In this document: positions 13,290-26,285 of the stretch, piece after piece
How the letters are laid out: the number at the start of each line of letters is the position of its first letter
Numbering within the stretch: the first letter of the stretch is position 1
Origin: Octopus sinensis
Taxonomy: Eukaryota
NCBI RefSeq assembly: GCF_006345805.1
Contig: NC_043025.1
Location: forward strand, 2,480,001 to 2,544,000
Direction: 5' to 3'
Length of the DNA: 64,000 nt
Made by a program: the position numbers and the translations under genes
The notes under the pieces: generated by a model
Database searches by the model: none
Told to the model about the DNA's origin: nothing
Seen by the model: the letters and a program-made list of their open reading frames with translations, nothing else

Positions 13290-13399
13290 CACGTAAGAAA
13301 ATGGAGGAGAACAATAGTTGGTTCATCAACTTTAGGACATTAGAAATATTAACTTATTTGTTTAACTGATAATTATAATTGTTGTTGGCATCCTTTTTG

Positions 13400-16300
13400 T
13401 CTCGGGAGACAATGGAGTTGCGCATAAAATAATCTAGTCCGGTTTTTACATTTCATATCCTAATACATCTCCTGCTGTGGCTGTGTAGTCCTATCCTGGA
13501 CAAACACTCCCTCCGGCAGGCACCGCAAATGTAGCGAAGACTTTGCCTGGCTGGTTGTAATGTCATAATTTCTTGTTGACATCTTTTCTTGTATTTCCAT
13601 TTCTCCTCTCTCTGTCACTCCCTCTTTTACGGTACGTCGACAATCTCTACGGTTGCTGGCAACTGCTTGACAGTTGGTAATATTGATGTTGCAGGCATTT
13701 ATAACCCTTTTGCAAACATCCTTGTAACGTAAGAGCGGTCTTCCCACAGACCTAGTGCCCCTAGCAAGCTCTCCGTAGAGTATGTCCTTGGGGATTCTGC
13801 CATCTTCCATAGGGCTAACATGCCCAAGCCATCTCATACGTCTTTGTGTGAGGAGTGCAAACATGCTTGGTATTCCTGCTTGCTTGAGGACATCTTTGTT
13901 GGGGAGATGGTTATGCCATCTGATGCGAAGGATTTTCCGGAGGCAGCGCAAATGAAATATATTTAGGCGACGCTCTTGGCGTGTGTATAGCGTCCAAGTC
14001 TCACTTCCATACAGTAGAGTGCTCAGTACACATGCCTGGTAAATCTTCATTTTTGTGTTCTTGGTCAGCTTATTGTTGTCCCATGCCCGTTTGGAGAGAG
14101 AGTTGGGTCATCACAGCAGCTGCCTTGCCAATGCGTATATTGAGCTCAGCATCAAGGGATAGGTTGTAGGTGTTGGTAGAGCCAAGATAGGTAAAACTTC
14201 CCCACCTCCTGTAATCTGTGGTCTCCAATATGTATGTTTGGGATGTCCGGTGTAGCCCGACCCATGACGTTGGTCTTCTTGAGGCTGATAGGTAAGCCAA
14301 AGTCTTTACATGCCTGCTCACAACAGGTGATGAGCCTTTGTAGGGCTTCTTCTGTGTGTGATACCAGAGCTGCATCATTTCCTTGATCAGGACGCTTCTT
14401 ATTTTGGTCTTGCCACGCAGGCGCGAGAGACTGAACAGTCTCCCGTCACTTCTACTCTGCAGAAACACTCCATCATTTGATGTCTGAAAGGCATGTGAGA
14501 GCAGCAACGAGAAGATGCTAAATAATGTAGGAACAAGGACACAACCTTGCTTTACTCCGTTTTTTATTTGGAAGGCGGCTGATGTTGATCCATTGTGCTG
14601 TATGGTGCCTTGCATATCATCATGGAAAGATTTGATGATCCTCAGCAGCTTTGGTGGACATTCGATTTTTTGGAGCAGGATGAAGAGGCCTTTTCTACTT
14701 ACAGAGTCAAAGGCCTTTGTCAGATCAATGAAGGTCATATATAATGGCATTTTCTGTTCTCTGGACTTCTGAAGTTGGCGTATGGAGAATATCATGTCAG
14801 TAGTTGATCAGCTTCTTCTAAAGCCACACTGCGATTTCGGATAAATTCGAAAAGTAAGCAGTTGTAGCCTGGACAGGATAACGCGAGCAAAGGTCCTTCC
14901 AACAGTACGTAGATGAGATATTCCACGGTAATTGTTACAATCACCACGGTCACCTTTGTTTTTGTAAAGCGTAATGATGTTAGCATCCCGCATATCCTGA
15001 GAGACTGTACGCTCTTCCCAGCACTGATACAGAAGCTCATGAAGGTGCCGAAGCAGGATTGTGTTTTTGCCGGCTTTGATGATCTCTGAGGGGATGCCGT
15101 CTTTTCCCGGAAATTTGCTACTTGCTAAGGTGTCAATACCCTTTCTAGGGCGTCTATAGCTCTTCTATAGATGGCGGAACGTCAAGTTCGCTCATAACTT
15201 GCAAGATCTTGACACTCTCGATTGCAGCCTCAGCTACCGTGGTCTGCCGTGAGTAGAGATCCTGGTAGTACTCCACCCATCTATCCATTTGCTTCCTTTG
15301 GTACTTGATGAGATCTCCAGTAGTTGATTTCAGAGGAGCTGACTTGGTTTCGGATGGACCGAGGGCCTTCTTCAAACCGGCATACATCCCACGGGTGTCG
15401 CCCCTGTCAGCAGCTGACTGGATACTCTGACAGATTTCCTGCCAATACCTATTTGCACAATGTCTGACTGTCAGTTGGGTTATATTTTTTGCCTTTCTGA
15501 GTTCTTCGAGTGATTTTGTAGAAGAATCACTCTTGTATTGCATCAGAGCTGCACGCTTTGCTTCGATAACTGGTCCCAGCTCTGAGAGCCCAGCTCTGAA
15601 CTAACCTCGATCTTGCCTTTCTCTCATGCCGAAAGTATCTATTGATGTGGTATACAAAGCTTTCCTGATATAATTTCACCTACTTTCAGCAGAGGAGGTT
15701 GGACAGCTACTGAGGGCAAACTTGATAGAAACAGCAAAACATTTTCGCAGTGTAGGCTCCGAGGTTCTGGCAGTGTTAATGCGTGGTCGGCCCATTTTCT
15801 TGGAGTGATGGACTTTTTAAGCAGGATCGTCACCTTGCTTCTAATTAGTGAGTGATCTGTGACACAATCCGTGCTGTGGTAAGTACGGGTGAGTTGAATA
15901 GAATTCAGAAAGGAACTTCGTGTGATAATGAGATCCAGCTGATGCCAGTAGTGAGATCTTGAATGTCTCCAAGATGTCTTGTGGGATGTCTTGTTGGCAA
16001 AGAATGTGTTGGTGATGCACAGGTTATGGTATGTGCAAAATTCAAGTAGTCTCTCACCATTGTCATTCATGTTGCCAATATCAGGGTGTCCAACACAAAT
16101 GGGCCACGAATCATGGTCAGATCCCACGCGAGCGAGAAAATCTCCTAAAAGGTAGATGTTTTCATTTGTTGGTATATTTTTAATGACACAGTTGAGATCT
16201 TTATAGAACTGGTACTTGGTCTCCTCTGAGCCGTAGACAGCGGGAGCATAGAAGCTGGGTAGATGTACTGAGCCAGAAGACGTCGAGAGGCGCAGTGAGA

Positions 16301-17080
16301 GGATACGCTCAGTGTCTCCTGATGGTGGTTCTATTGAGGAGAGTAATGAGTTTCTCACTGCAAAGCCAACGCCATGCTGACGAGGTTCTTCTGGAACGCT
16401 TCCCTGCCAAAAGAAGGTGAAATCCTGTTCTTTGAGTTTGCCGTTTGAGGGGAGTCTTGTCTCCTGCAGCCCAGCAGTGTCTATGTTAAGCCTCTCTAGT
16501 TCATGGTCAATGATGGCCGTCTTTCTTGTGTCTTCAACCCTGAGTAGATCATCAGATATACCAGGGCACATGTCCCTGACATTCCAGCTTCCTAACCGTA
16601 GGACTGGTGGTTTCTTGTCTTTTAGTTGTTTGCCTGGTGCCGACCTTATGTAATTTTGAAGTGTTTTCAAGTCAAACTCTTAGCTCCAAGCACTCAATGA
16701 AGTAGGCGGCCTGTGGCGGGTCAGCAACTTATTAACTGGGGGCTGCCCAGCTTCAGATAGGCAGTAGCTAACCAATGGGACATGGATGTCCCTCTCACGG
16801 TCAGAGGTGTCCCGTGGTGCCCATATCGGACGCCAATGTCAATGGACTTATCGCCCGTGACGGTTAACTCCCGTGTTTTTTCTGCCACGTTTTACAGCAG
16901 CACTGAAGTGTCCTCTCTAGTTTTGCGCAGGCCTGGGCTAGAATTAAGAAAATCCTGGGTAGCCCAATCGTCAGGATTCTTCTCTCGACCTTGATGATGT
17001 AGTCCAAAGGAGTGCAGAGCATTACGTTTGGCACCAGCTAGGTTGCAGGAGCTGCTGGAAGAGTGTCGAATCGAACACTA
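13400..17080 (-). mobile_element. Near full-length RTE-clade LINE (APE + RT), frameshifted
   Basis: APE LGSWNVR/LQETRL/GDF/TDH (15639-16670); RT NYRGIS, FIDLTKAFD, GVKQGCVL, YLGS; C-terminal LLYGSETW..RMRWLGHV..RIPKDILYGEL. Confidence 0.95.
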
Positions 17081-17729
17081 AACTAATCATAATAACATAC
17101 ATAATTATAATAACATACATACATATAGCATATAAGAAAAGGATACAAGTAATTATTGAACAACATGAATATAAATTAGTAAAATAACTTGCAGCTGTTT
17201 CAGCCCATAGATAAAAGTATCTCATTCTGCCTTTATTAATCAAGTGTATTGAGGTAATAGGCAGATGACAATGAGGTACTTGTATATATCTCCAGGGTTC
17301 CTCAGAGATTATCAAGTACAATAATAAATATAAACATGAATATAAAATAAACAAAATACACACATTTGAATACATATATATATATATATATATGGCTGCC
17401 CCCTCGATATCGAATATGGCCATTGCACGAAGCTTAACTGTTACTGGTGCTGTGATCGAATGTGACTTTTTAGCCAAGCTAAAGATCTACAATGTCTTGT
17501 ACCAAATTGGCAACTAAAACCTTTACTGGTAATAGCCGGCTGCAGTTGTAACTGGGCTTCATGTACGTAAATGTATATACATACATACATATATGTATAT
17601 ACATACATACATGTATATATACATATATACATACGTACATACATACATATATGGTTATACATAATTAATTATATACATATATATATATATATATATGCAT
17701 ATATGGTTATACATAATTATATATATACA

Positions 17730-17893
17730 GTGGCTGTGTGGTAAGTAGCTTGTTTACCAGCCACATGGTTCCGGGTTCAGTCCCACTGCGTGGCACCTTG
17801 GGTGGGTGTCTTCTACTATAGCCTCGGGCCGACCAAAGCCTTGTGAGTGTATTTGGTAGATGGAAACTGAAAGAAGCCCGACGTATATATGTA

Positions 17894-17950
<57 letters not shown>

Positions 17951-18186
17951 TGTGTGTGTGTGTGTGTTTGTGTGTGCGCGTGTGTTTGTATGTCTGTGTT
18001 TGTCCCCCCAACATCGCTTGACATCGCTTGTTTATGTCCCCTCACTTAGTGGTTCGGCAAAAGAGACCGATCGAATAAGTACTGGGCTTACAAAGAATAA
18101 GTCCCGGGGTCGAGTTGCTCGATTAAAGGCGGTGCACCAGCATGGCCGCAGTCAAATGACTGAAACAAGTAAAAGAGTAAAAGAGT
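17730..18186 (+). mobile_element. tRNA-derived SINE
   Basis: A-box tggctgtgtggt, B-box gggttcagtccc, internal (TA)n(TG)n, 3' gaaacaagtaaaagagtaaaagag; several copies in the window. Confidence 0.85.
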
Positions 18187-19589
18187 ATATATATACATAT
18201 ATATATCAGAAATATTAAATTTCTAAATGTCTCGAAGAGTCATGAGCGGTGGTGGAGCGAAGGTGTGGTTGTATACTGTCAACATAACGTAACTGTCCCG
18301 TAAGGGAATTACACCACCGCTGTTTAGCCAAAATGTTGTGAGTATACATCCACTCTATATATATAAATATATACTGAAACATACATACACATCTACATCC
18401 ATAAGTACATATAATATTCAGTTATTACTAATATTATTATTATTAATATTAGATTAGGTGTACTATGCTATTCACAACAGATAGTATATGAAAAATAAAA
18501 TATAGAATATAAATATGATATATAAAAGATGTTTATGAAAGATATAAGAATATTAATTTTACAATCAATATATCATAGAGTTATTATAGTTATGTCAATA
18601 TTATTCTGCATATATATTGGTAAACATTTCCTAAACATTTTATTCTTTCATTTTTTAATTCCCAACCTGTGTTCCTTATCGTTTATACGTCATAAATTTT
18701 CTTAACTCTTCTCTCTCTACACACATCCCTCAGTATATGATAATATACAAAGACCTTGGCACGCGTACACAACTACTAGATTCTACAGACGCACACCATA
18801 TACGCGCGTGTTAACTAATACGGACTCACATAATAATCTCAGATGAAAGCTACTACTACTACTATCTCCCACTTCACTCGCCGTCCTTAGATTTTAAAGC
18901 AAAATTAGTTCTACCAACTCGACGAGCAAACCGTGGTCTACTATTTTACAACGTAAATACAATATCTTCCGCCTTCCTCTCCTTCAAACACCACTCTATC
19001 CATTTCAAATACTACACCTATATTTTCGTCCTATAATTCTGTTTTAAATGGCTATATATAATGCTACAATATGTTTACTTATCTATCCTACAACGGACCC
19101 GTGAATGACCCCGGAATACGTGCATAAAGCATCTCGCCAGCCAATTTCCTTATCAAACCTTGTCTTCGTACACTCCTTAATCAGTAACAAACGTTCTCAT
19201 TCTTATACATAGGATTTCTTCTATTTTATTTGCATTTTCCTTCTGCTCAACTGTTTTCCTCCCGAACTGTTCTTTCTTTGCATTTTGATCAAATTCCCAA
19301 CAAGATTACACGGGGATTCTAACGAGAATGTAAACTTCACATAATCACGATATCCTTTGACTGAATAGTAGCTTGTGGTATACCCCATGTTAGGATAATA
19401 TGCTACTTTCGTGGTTCTCTTAGCTATGAAGATTATGTAGCCTGGATTGTATCTACGCCATTCCCTACACACACATGCGCATATATCTATATACTCGAGA
19501 TAAATATCCCTTCGTTGCCGAGCGAATCCCACAACAGAATATTTTGGTATACTTTTGCTACAGCGTTCCCTCATAAGAGACCTTTTCTA

Positions 19590-20700
19590 CGTTCTGGTGA
19601 GGATTTTCCATTTTTTGTTCACCTCAAAGTTGCAGATGATGGCAGGAAGCTCTTTAAAAATTGTTTTAATGTGTGTTGATTTTATTCACATCCCCTATCC
19701 CAATCGGTACCGACTTTGGCCAATGCTTTTGAACGACGCATTTAAAAAAGTTTTTAATGAAAAATTTGGGAATTCAGCGACCACTGTTATAATCCACACT
19801 TTCTTTCTTTTCAAACGAAAAGTGAAACGTAATTTAAGAACAATGGCGACATTTTAAATAGTTTGTTCGGTAACCTTTCATATTCTCATAACGATGTTAT
19901 TTATCCTGCAGCTTTTGCTGACGGCATTAAGTTGATCTCAGCATATGACGTTGAAAAAATCGCTAATTGCGCCAGGTCAGTGGTTTTCTAAAATCAATGG
20001 GTGTTTAGAGTGCAAATACCACTTTTTGGCCGTAAATTTCATGTTTTTTATCCGATTTTAATGAAATTTGAGATATAGGTAAATGTTTGGTGGGGGAGAG
20101 GGTAAAGGTACTTATTTAATTCAAAATGGCTTGAAATATGTATAAATGGAAATAAGAATTTTCTTGGACACATTCTTATCGATTTTGTAGTAATTTTATA
20201 CGTGATTATAGTTCATGTGTATTAGTTGATGCCAGCATGAAGTGTTGACAAAGAATCGATAACTGCATGTGAGGCGGAGATTTTAAGAAATCAATAGGCT
20301 TTTTGCATGCAATCACCCGTAGGATTAATATTTTAAACAGTAACTTTTACAGAATTCATCCGATTTTGATGAGCTTTCACTTTTAGGGAAAGTTTAATGT
20401 AAAAGATTTAAAATTAAACAAGCGAGAAGCAAAAACCCTCAAATCATTCACAATAAAATAATGGACTGATTTTGAAGAACCGTGAGCAAAATTAAGCACT
20501 TCGACGTATGAAACATCTGTTATTCATATAATGTACTAAGATTTAAATGTCAATGGGATATTTTCGTGTAAATGGTCACATGGATTCTGTTTTATGATAT
20601 AACCTTACCATTTTTCTTCGGATTTTGATGAGATTGGACACACTGATCAATTTTATACCGAGAGTGGCATTAAGGGGAGAGAGATAAAGAAACATCGATC
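19590..20700. repeat. Unclassified interspersed repeat (direct copy at about 31075-32235)
   Basis: Colinear similarity, e.g. gatggcaggaag..cggtaccga..gtaaatggtcacatggattct..gattggacacactgatcaattt; no ORF. Confidence 0.8.
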
Positions 20701-20887
20701 AAATCGACCCCAGGACTTATTCTTTGTAAGCCTAGTACTTATTCTATCGGTTTCTTTTGCCGAACCGCCAAGTTACGTGGACGAACACACACCAGCATCG
20801 GTTGTCAAGGGATGTTGGGGAGAAAAACAAAGACACACAAACATATACACACACACACACACACGCAGACACACACACACACACACT

Positions 20888-20934
<47 letters not shown>

Positions 20935-21100
20935 TTATATACGACGGGCTTCTTTCAGTTTCCGTCTACCAAATCTACTCACAAGTCTTTGGTCGGCCCG
21001 AGGCTATAACAGAAGACACTTGACTAAGGTGTCACACAGTGGGACTGAAGCCGGAACCATGTGGTTCGTAAGCAAGCTACTTACCACACAGACATTCTTA
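20700..21100 (-). mobile_element. tRNA-derived SINE (same family as 17730)
   Basis: Reverse-complement similarity to 17730-18120. Confidence 0.85.
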
Positions 21101-21116
21101 CGCCTATATATATATA

Positions 21117-21596
21117 TCTATTTATAAAACTGAAATGCGAAAAGTTTGTTTGTTTGATTGTTTGACTCGACCGTTTGGCCCGCTTTCAACGCCACTACAT
21201 CCCGTCGGATTGACTCCAAAATGTACAGGGACATGTAAAATGCGGTGACGACACCAGTGGGCTACGTTAGAAATTCCTATCTTAAATGGTGTTGTTGCCA
21301 GGGCCAAAAACCCACTTTGACAAGTCCACTCCCATTCTTTTATGTATCTGTCTTCCTCACTCAATCACTATTTTCTCCCTTCCAATCACTTTTCACTCTC
21401 TCTACTTCCTCCCTTCCCAACACTTTTTCTATATATAACGTCGATTCGTCAAACGGCATTCTACATAGCTTTCACAGATATTTATTGGGTTAATTTATAT
21501 ATGTCTGTGTGTGTATCTATATATACGTATATAAATATATAAATATGTATATATACAAAGTGTATATATCTGTATTTATATCTATCTATCTATCTA

Positions 21597-21676
<80 letters not shown>

Positions 21677-21745
21677 ATTTGTATACATTTATATATATAT
21701 ATACCACACTCTTACCCACGCGTAGAGCTGGTTACCTTCAGCTAG
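21117..21745 (+). mobile_element. Non-autonomous Helitron
   Basis: A|TCTATTTATAAAA start, CTAG|T end preceded by a degenerate GC-rich hairpin, no target-site duplication. Confidence 0.6.
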
Positions 21746-22555
21746 TATATATATATATTTAGAGAGACAGAGAGAGTGAGAGAAGAAATAATTATTTATG
21801 CAATTAAAAGTTATACTGATGGTTTAAAGTGCAGATAATAAAGAGATGCGCTCAAACAGCCAAATTCTTAGAATACGTAAATGAAGAATGCGAAAAAGTG
21901 TTGTATGTGCAACTTCTGAAAATTGTATTTGTATTAGAATGTCATAAGTGAAATTTACGCCATCACAAACAATAAACACATATTAATTATTAGTCCTAAA
22001 GAATTATGCAAGTTCAAGTGAAGTTTCTGCTGATGAATATGTCTCGATTCACCTGAAAACTTATGTAATGTTTAAGTGTTTTTAAAAGATTTCACGTCTG
22101 GAGAGATGGAGCAGCATAAACAGAGTAATTCTTTAATACACGAGCAGCACCCGTAGAAATTCCGCGGCAAATGCGAAAGATTTTAGATGGTTGTAAGTTT
22201 ATGTGGAGACATAAAAATTAGCGCTCCTTTATAAATTGTATATTCTACATAATTGTCGTTTTAAAACACCCTCAGTCATTCTGGATAAGACCCTCTGCTT
22301 CTCTTGGTGCCATTGCCCATTTGGTTTCATTCTTTCTGTTGTTCGATTACATCGTCTCTCATCTTTGGTTTATAAACAAATAACATTTTTCAAGCGAGCA
22401 GACGACTGCACTTATGCGCATGCTTTAAGTAATTGGTCTTATTAAAAAAATATATCAATTACAAACATTACACTCTTCGCATACACTCACCAACGCAACC
22501 TCCACCACCACCACCACCACTAACACCACCAACACATTCATCATCATCATCATCA

Positions 22556-22586
<31 letters not shown>

Positions 22587-25500
22587 CTTTAATCTCACCA
22601 TCAGAACATCGATCCTTTGCTACAATTCTGTTTCTCACTCTCCTCTATATCACTACCTTCAACCAACATTTTTAACCACGTAATAACTATTACGTTCCCC
22701 CTACCACACGTCATAGACGCTTCTCTTACCCTCTTTTTCTCTCCCTCCTTTTCTCTCTGCCTGTTTTTCTCTCGCTCTTCACCTTACCCGCTTTTTCCCT
22801 CTACTCCATCTTTTCTCTCGCTCTTCGCAACACAGCACTAATCACTTCAAGTTTTAATCAAATATTCAAATACTAAAGTGGATCGATTCATTCGATCAGT
22901 CCCATTTGTCAATAAATTTGGAACGTTTTCACCATTTGAGAAATCCTAATGTAAAGCAAATAGCAATGTTTTGTTAATGTTATTCTTTAAACCTCGTAAA
23001 TCTGAAGATGTGAAATAGCAAAATCAATGTTCTGTTTGATAAGTTAGGTATTTTCATCATTCATAATTTAAGCGCGAATTGAATGAAATCTGAGATAGAT
23101 ACCATGAACGTTCCGTTTAAGCTGCTACAGTCCAACATTTACTGGAATGATATACTGAAAACGAACTGAGGTTTAAGATCGAGGAGCAAAGGAATAGACG
23201 AGCGAGTCGGTAGTACCTGCTTGGTGGGGTCAAGAGCTCAGCAAACTCCTACAAGAATCTGTAGCATGACAGTGACAGTGGCAAAACAAAGAGAAGAGAT
23301 TTCCTGCCTGCGAGATAGCTGTTAGATTATGTCTATTAGGGATAGAGTAAAATTTAGCCACGTCACCCTTCTTTCGATGCAATCCCGGATGTGTATCACC
23401 CTTCCAGATGTAGAAAGATTTCTTCATTGTGTGTTTCACTTGAGCATTGTAAATGGTCTGAAGTTATGGCTGCAAAGAGAAGGATTGGACTTTAAAATAC
23501 CGTACTAGCTATGCAAAGGATCTACGTTCGCCACGAAAGATCTTCGCTGCTAATAATGCTCAGCGAAGGTTAAGTTTTCAAGTAACATTGTGAGGGACAC
23601 TTGTCTAATCTTCAGCCCATTACAAATGACCATGTTTCAACACCATGTCCACGGCTATGCTGTATCCTTTCTCTGTCTCTAATGGCCTATTTCAATGGTA
23701 GTCTTAAAACACATCTCTGTTCAAAACCACCACCTAGTAATTTTATCTGCCTTTGGTGAAGTCCATATTGTCTTAAACATTCTTCAGTTGAAGAATACCA
23801 TCTTTTCTCCTTCCCTCTAGACTTGGTCATCCTGTGAATCGGTTTCAAGCCTGCTTTACTCCTAATCGAAAGAAAATATGAAATCTGTCAGAATTCAATG
23901 CTATGAAAATATAAATCCCCGTTCTTGGTGTATAAACCATTTGAACTTTATTCAAGACAATACTCTGGAAATATCGTCAGGCGAACGAAATAACTGGAGA
24001 CGAACTGGGAGTCTTTTGACACACAGAATCCGAAAAGGACATCAATTTAATACGATCACGTCGGAATTGTAAGATACTGGATCCACAGAATGTCTTTGTT
24101 TTGTTTTCGAATAAACCAGCTCTTGAAGAACGTACTAATATACATAGAAATTGCATTGCCTTCAAAGCTAGGATTTTTTGAATTTCTACTGAAAATCTAG
24201 CAAATATCTCTAAATTTCTACAGACAGTTTACATTATTGTTCATGCCTATTTTTTCATGAATTTGTGTTTGAATGGTTTTCTTTAGTGCTGATCCTCAAT
24301 ATCCCAGCATCGTATTTAATCTGCCTTGATAAGAAGTGGATGTTGGATGATTTTCTCCGGCTGAACTAAAATCTGTTCATTCACATTAAAATACCCTGGG
24401 ACTAATGCTCACTGCGGCCATTATTTCATTACCCGACGTTTACACTAGACCTTTAATAAAATAATCGATAAACCATAATAGACATTCGTACTACATTTCC
24501 CAATATATTTCCATGAAATATGAGGAAAATAGTGAATATTGAGTGTTTGGGTATCTTGAAATCTAGACGTAATCCTACAAAATGGATTCCACATTTGAAT
24601 TCAGCAAAATTATTTAATAGAGAGGTACTCTTCTATAGCTTGTTGTTGTATATGAGGATTTGATTTCAATTTCTGCTCGGAGTATCTCAAGAAGATTGTG
24701 TGGTGGAGCATGTATGAAGTTATATGGCATACTTGTTTTGGAAGTTCAGCTGATGATCATAATATCCCGGGATCAATTCCTGAAATGAGTGACGTTATTA
24801 CTTAGATCAAGTCATTTCATTTCACGATGTATCAGTCTACTGAACTTGAAATATAGTATCAACAGAGAGTTGGTTGTGATAGTTAGATACAAGGGTGGGC
24901 AATACGAAAGGATGTCAATGTCGACTCGCGACTACTTCGATAGCTAAAACAGTTAGTGAAATTAAGGTGCATGTTATGAACTCGTATTCCATAGCGAATT
25001 ATGCCCAGTTATGAATGTGTGCTTTGAGAGAGTTTACTGTATGCGATAGAATGGGGAACAGCCTCTAAATATAGGGTTAGGGTTAGGGTATGGTGAATAT
25101 GGATAAAACATTGCCCTGGACCAAACACGGATTGCACTTTGGCAAAGCATAACACCCATACGTCTTTCAATTTACACTTTGAGATGACGCCATAGGAAAC
25201 AATATGACAGGCGTAGTCTTAGTTTGAACCTCATTCATTCACCAACGGTAACATAGACATGGTGCTTGACAGAGGAACCTGTGTCATGTCAGTGGACAGA
25301 ACCACCATGTTTCCAAACAGTATTACTACTGACGTCTTCGGACCTATCAAACGTAGGTGTTATTAAGCTACCGAATTGCGTAAATGACTTATACTAAAAT
25401 CAGTTTTTCATCTCGCATCGATTATCGTTTGGATAACAAAGGGGCACATTAAACTGTGGAACATCTCACGGCGCAGATTTCGAAAAATAATCTACAGAGC

Positions 25501-26223
25501 TAAGCTGAAATCTCATCTGAAAGGAAGTGTCTCCAGGGCCCTTGTTACAGTCTCCTTCGACTTCTTCAACTTGAGGAACAAATAAAAATCACAGGGCGGG
25601 ACATTTGCATAATGTATTCATACAGGGTTTTTTCTACGTTTCGTGTCTTTTCTGTCCATTAGTAGGATCATGAAGGATCTGTGGATCAGAGAGAGAGCAT
25701 TTATTTGAATATATATACATGTACATACACACACAGACACTAACATATACATATATAAATGTTTATAACAAATGACATTTTAACGAGTATATCTTCAAGT
25801 TATAAGTATATATATATAGAGAGAGAAAGGGAGTGAGAGAGAAAGCGAAAGAGAGAATGAAAGAAAGAAAGAAAGAAATATTGAGAGAGAGACAGAGAGA
25901 ATTAAGAATTTGAATATACAAATTCAATCCCATTATTATCATTATTAGACTGTATATCTACGTTGCCAAAAAATAAACTGTTACATCGGTTGGGACCTAA
26001 AGGACATTTAGCGTAAACCTACCATCTGAAGAGACCAGACTTGCCATTCGCTATTTGCTTTGATATTATATCCCTTCTCTTAATATACATATATATATTA
26101 ATAGTAGCGGTATACCAACAAAAGAATGAATGGGACCTCAGTATTATGTAAATAGAGGAATTTATCTGTAACATGTTATACCCCACATGTCAAGATCTGT
26201 AATTCGGTTTTTGAATGCATACG

Positions 26224-26278
<55 letters not shown>

Positions 26279-26285
<7 letters not shown>

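Noticed and set aside
17194-17260. Faint LRR-like reading IKVSHSAFINQVY after ttgcag
   Set aside because: Bounded by in-frame stops and not 72 nt; probably chance, although the block is highly conserved between copies.
17730-17800. tRNA gene
   Set aside because: A/B boxes run straight into a multi-copy SINE body; no complete cloverleaf.
25073-25089. Telomere-like TAGGGTTAGGGTTAGGG
   Set aside because: Under three units; too short to call an interstitial telomere.
23060-25620. Possible mariner or LINE remnants (ITGDELGV near 23990)
   Set aside because: Too decayed to assign or delimit by eye; no additional LRR exon found here.
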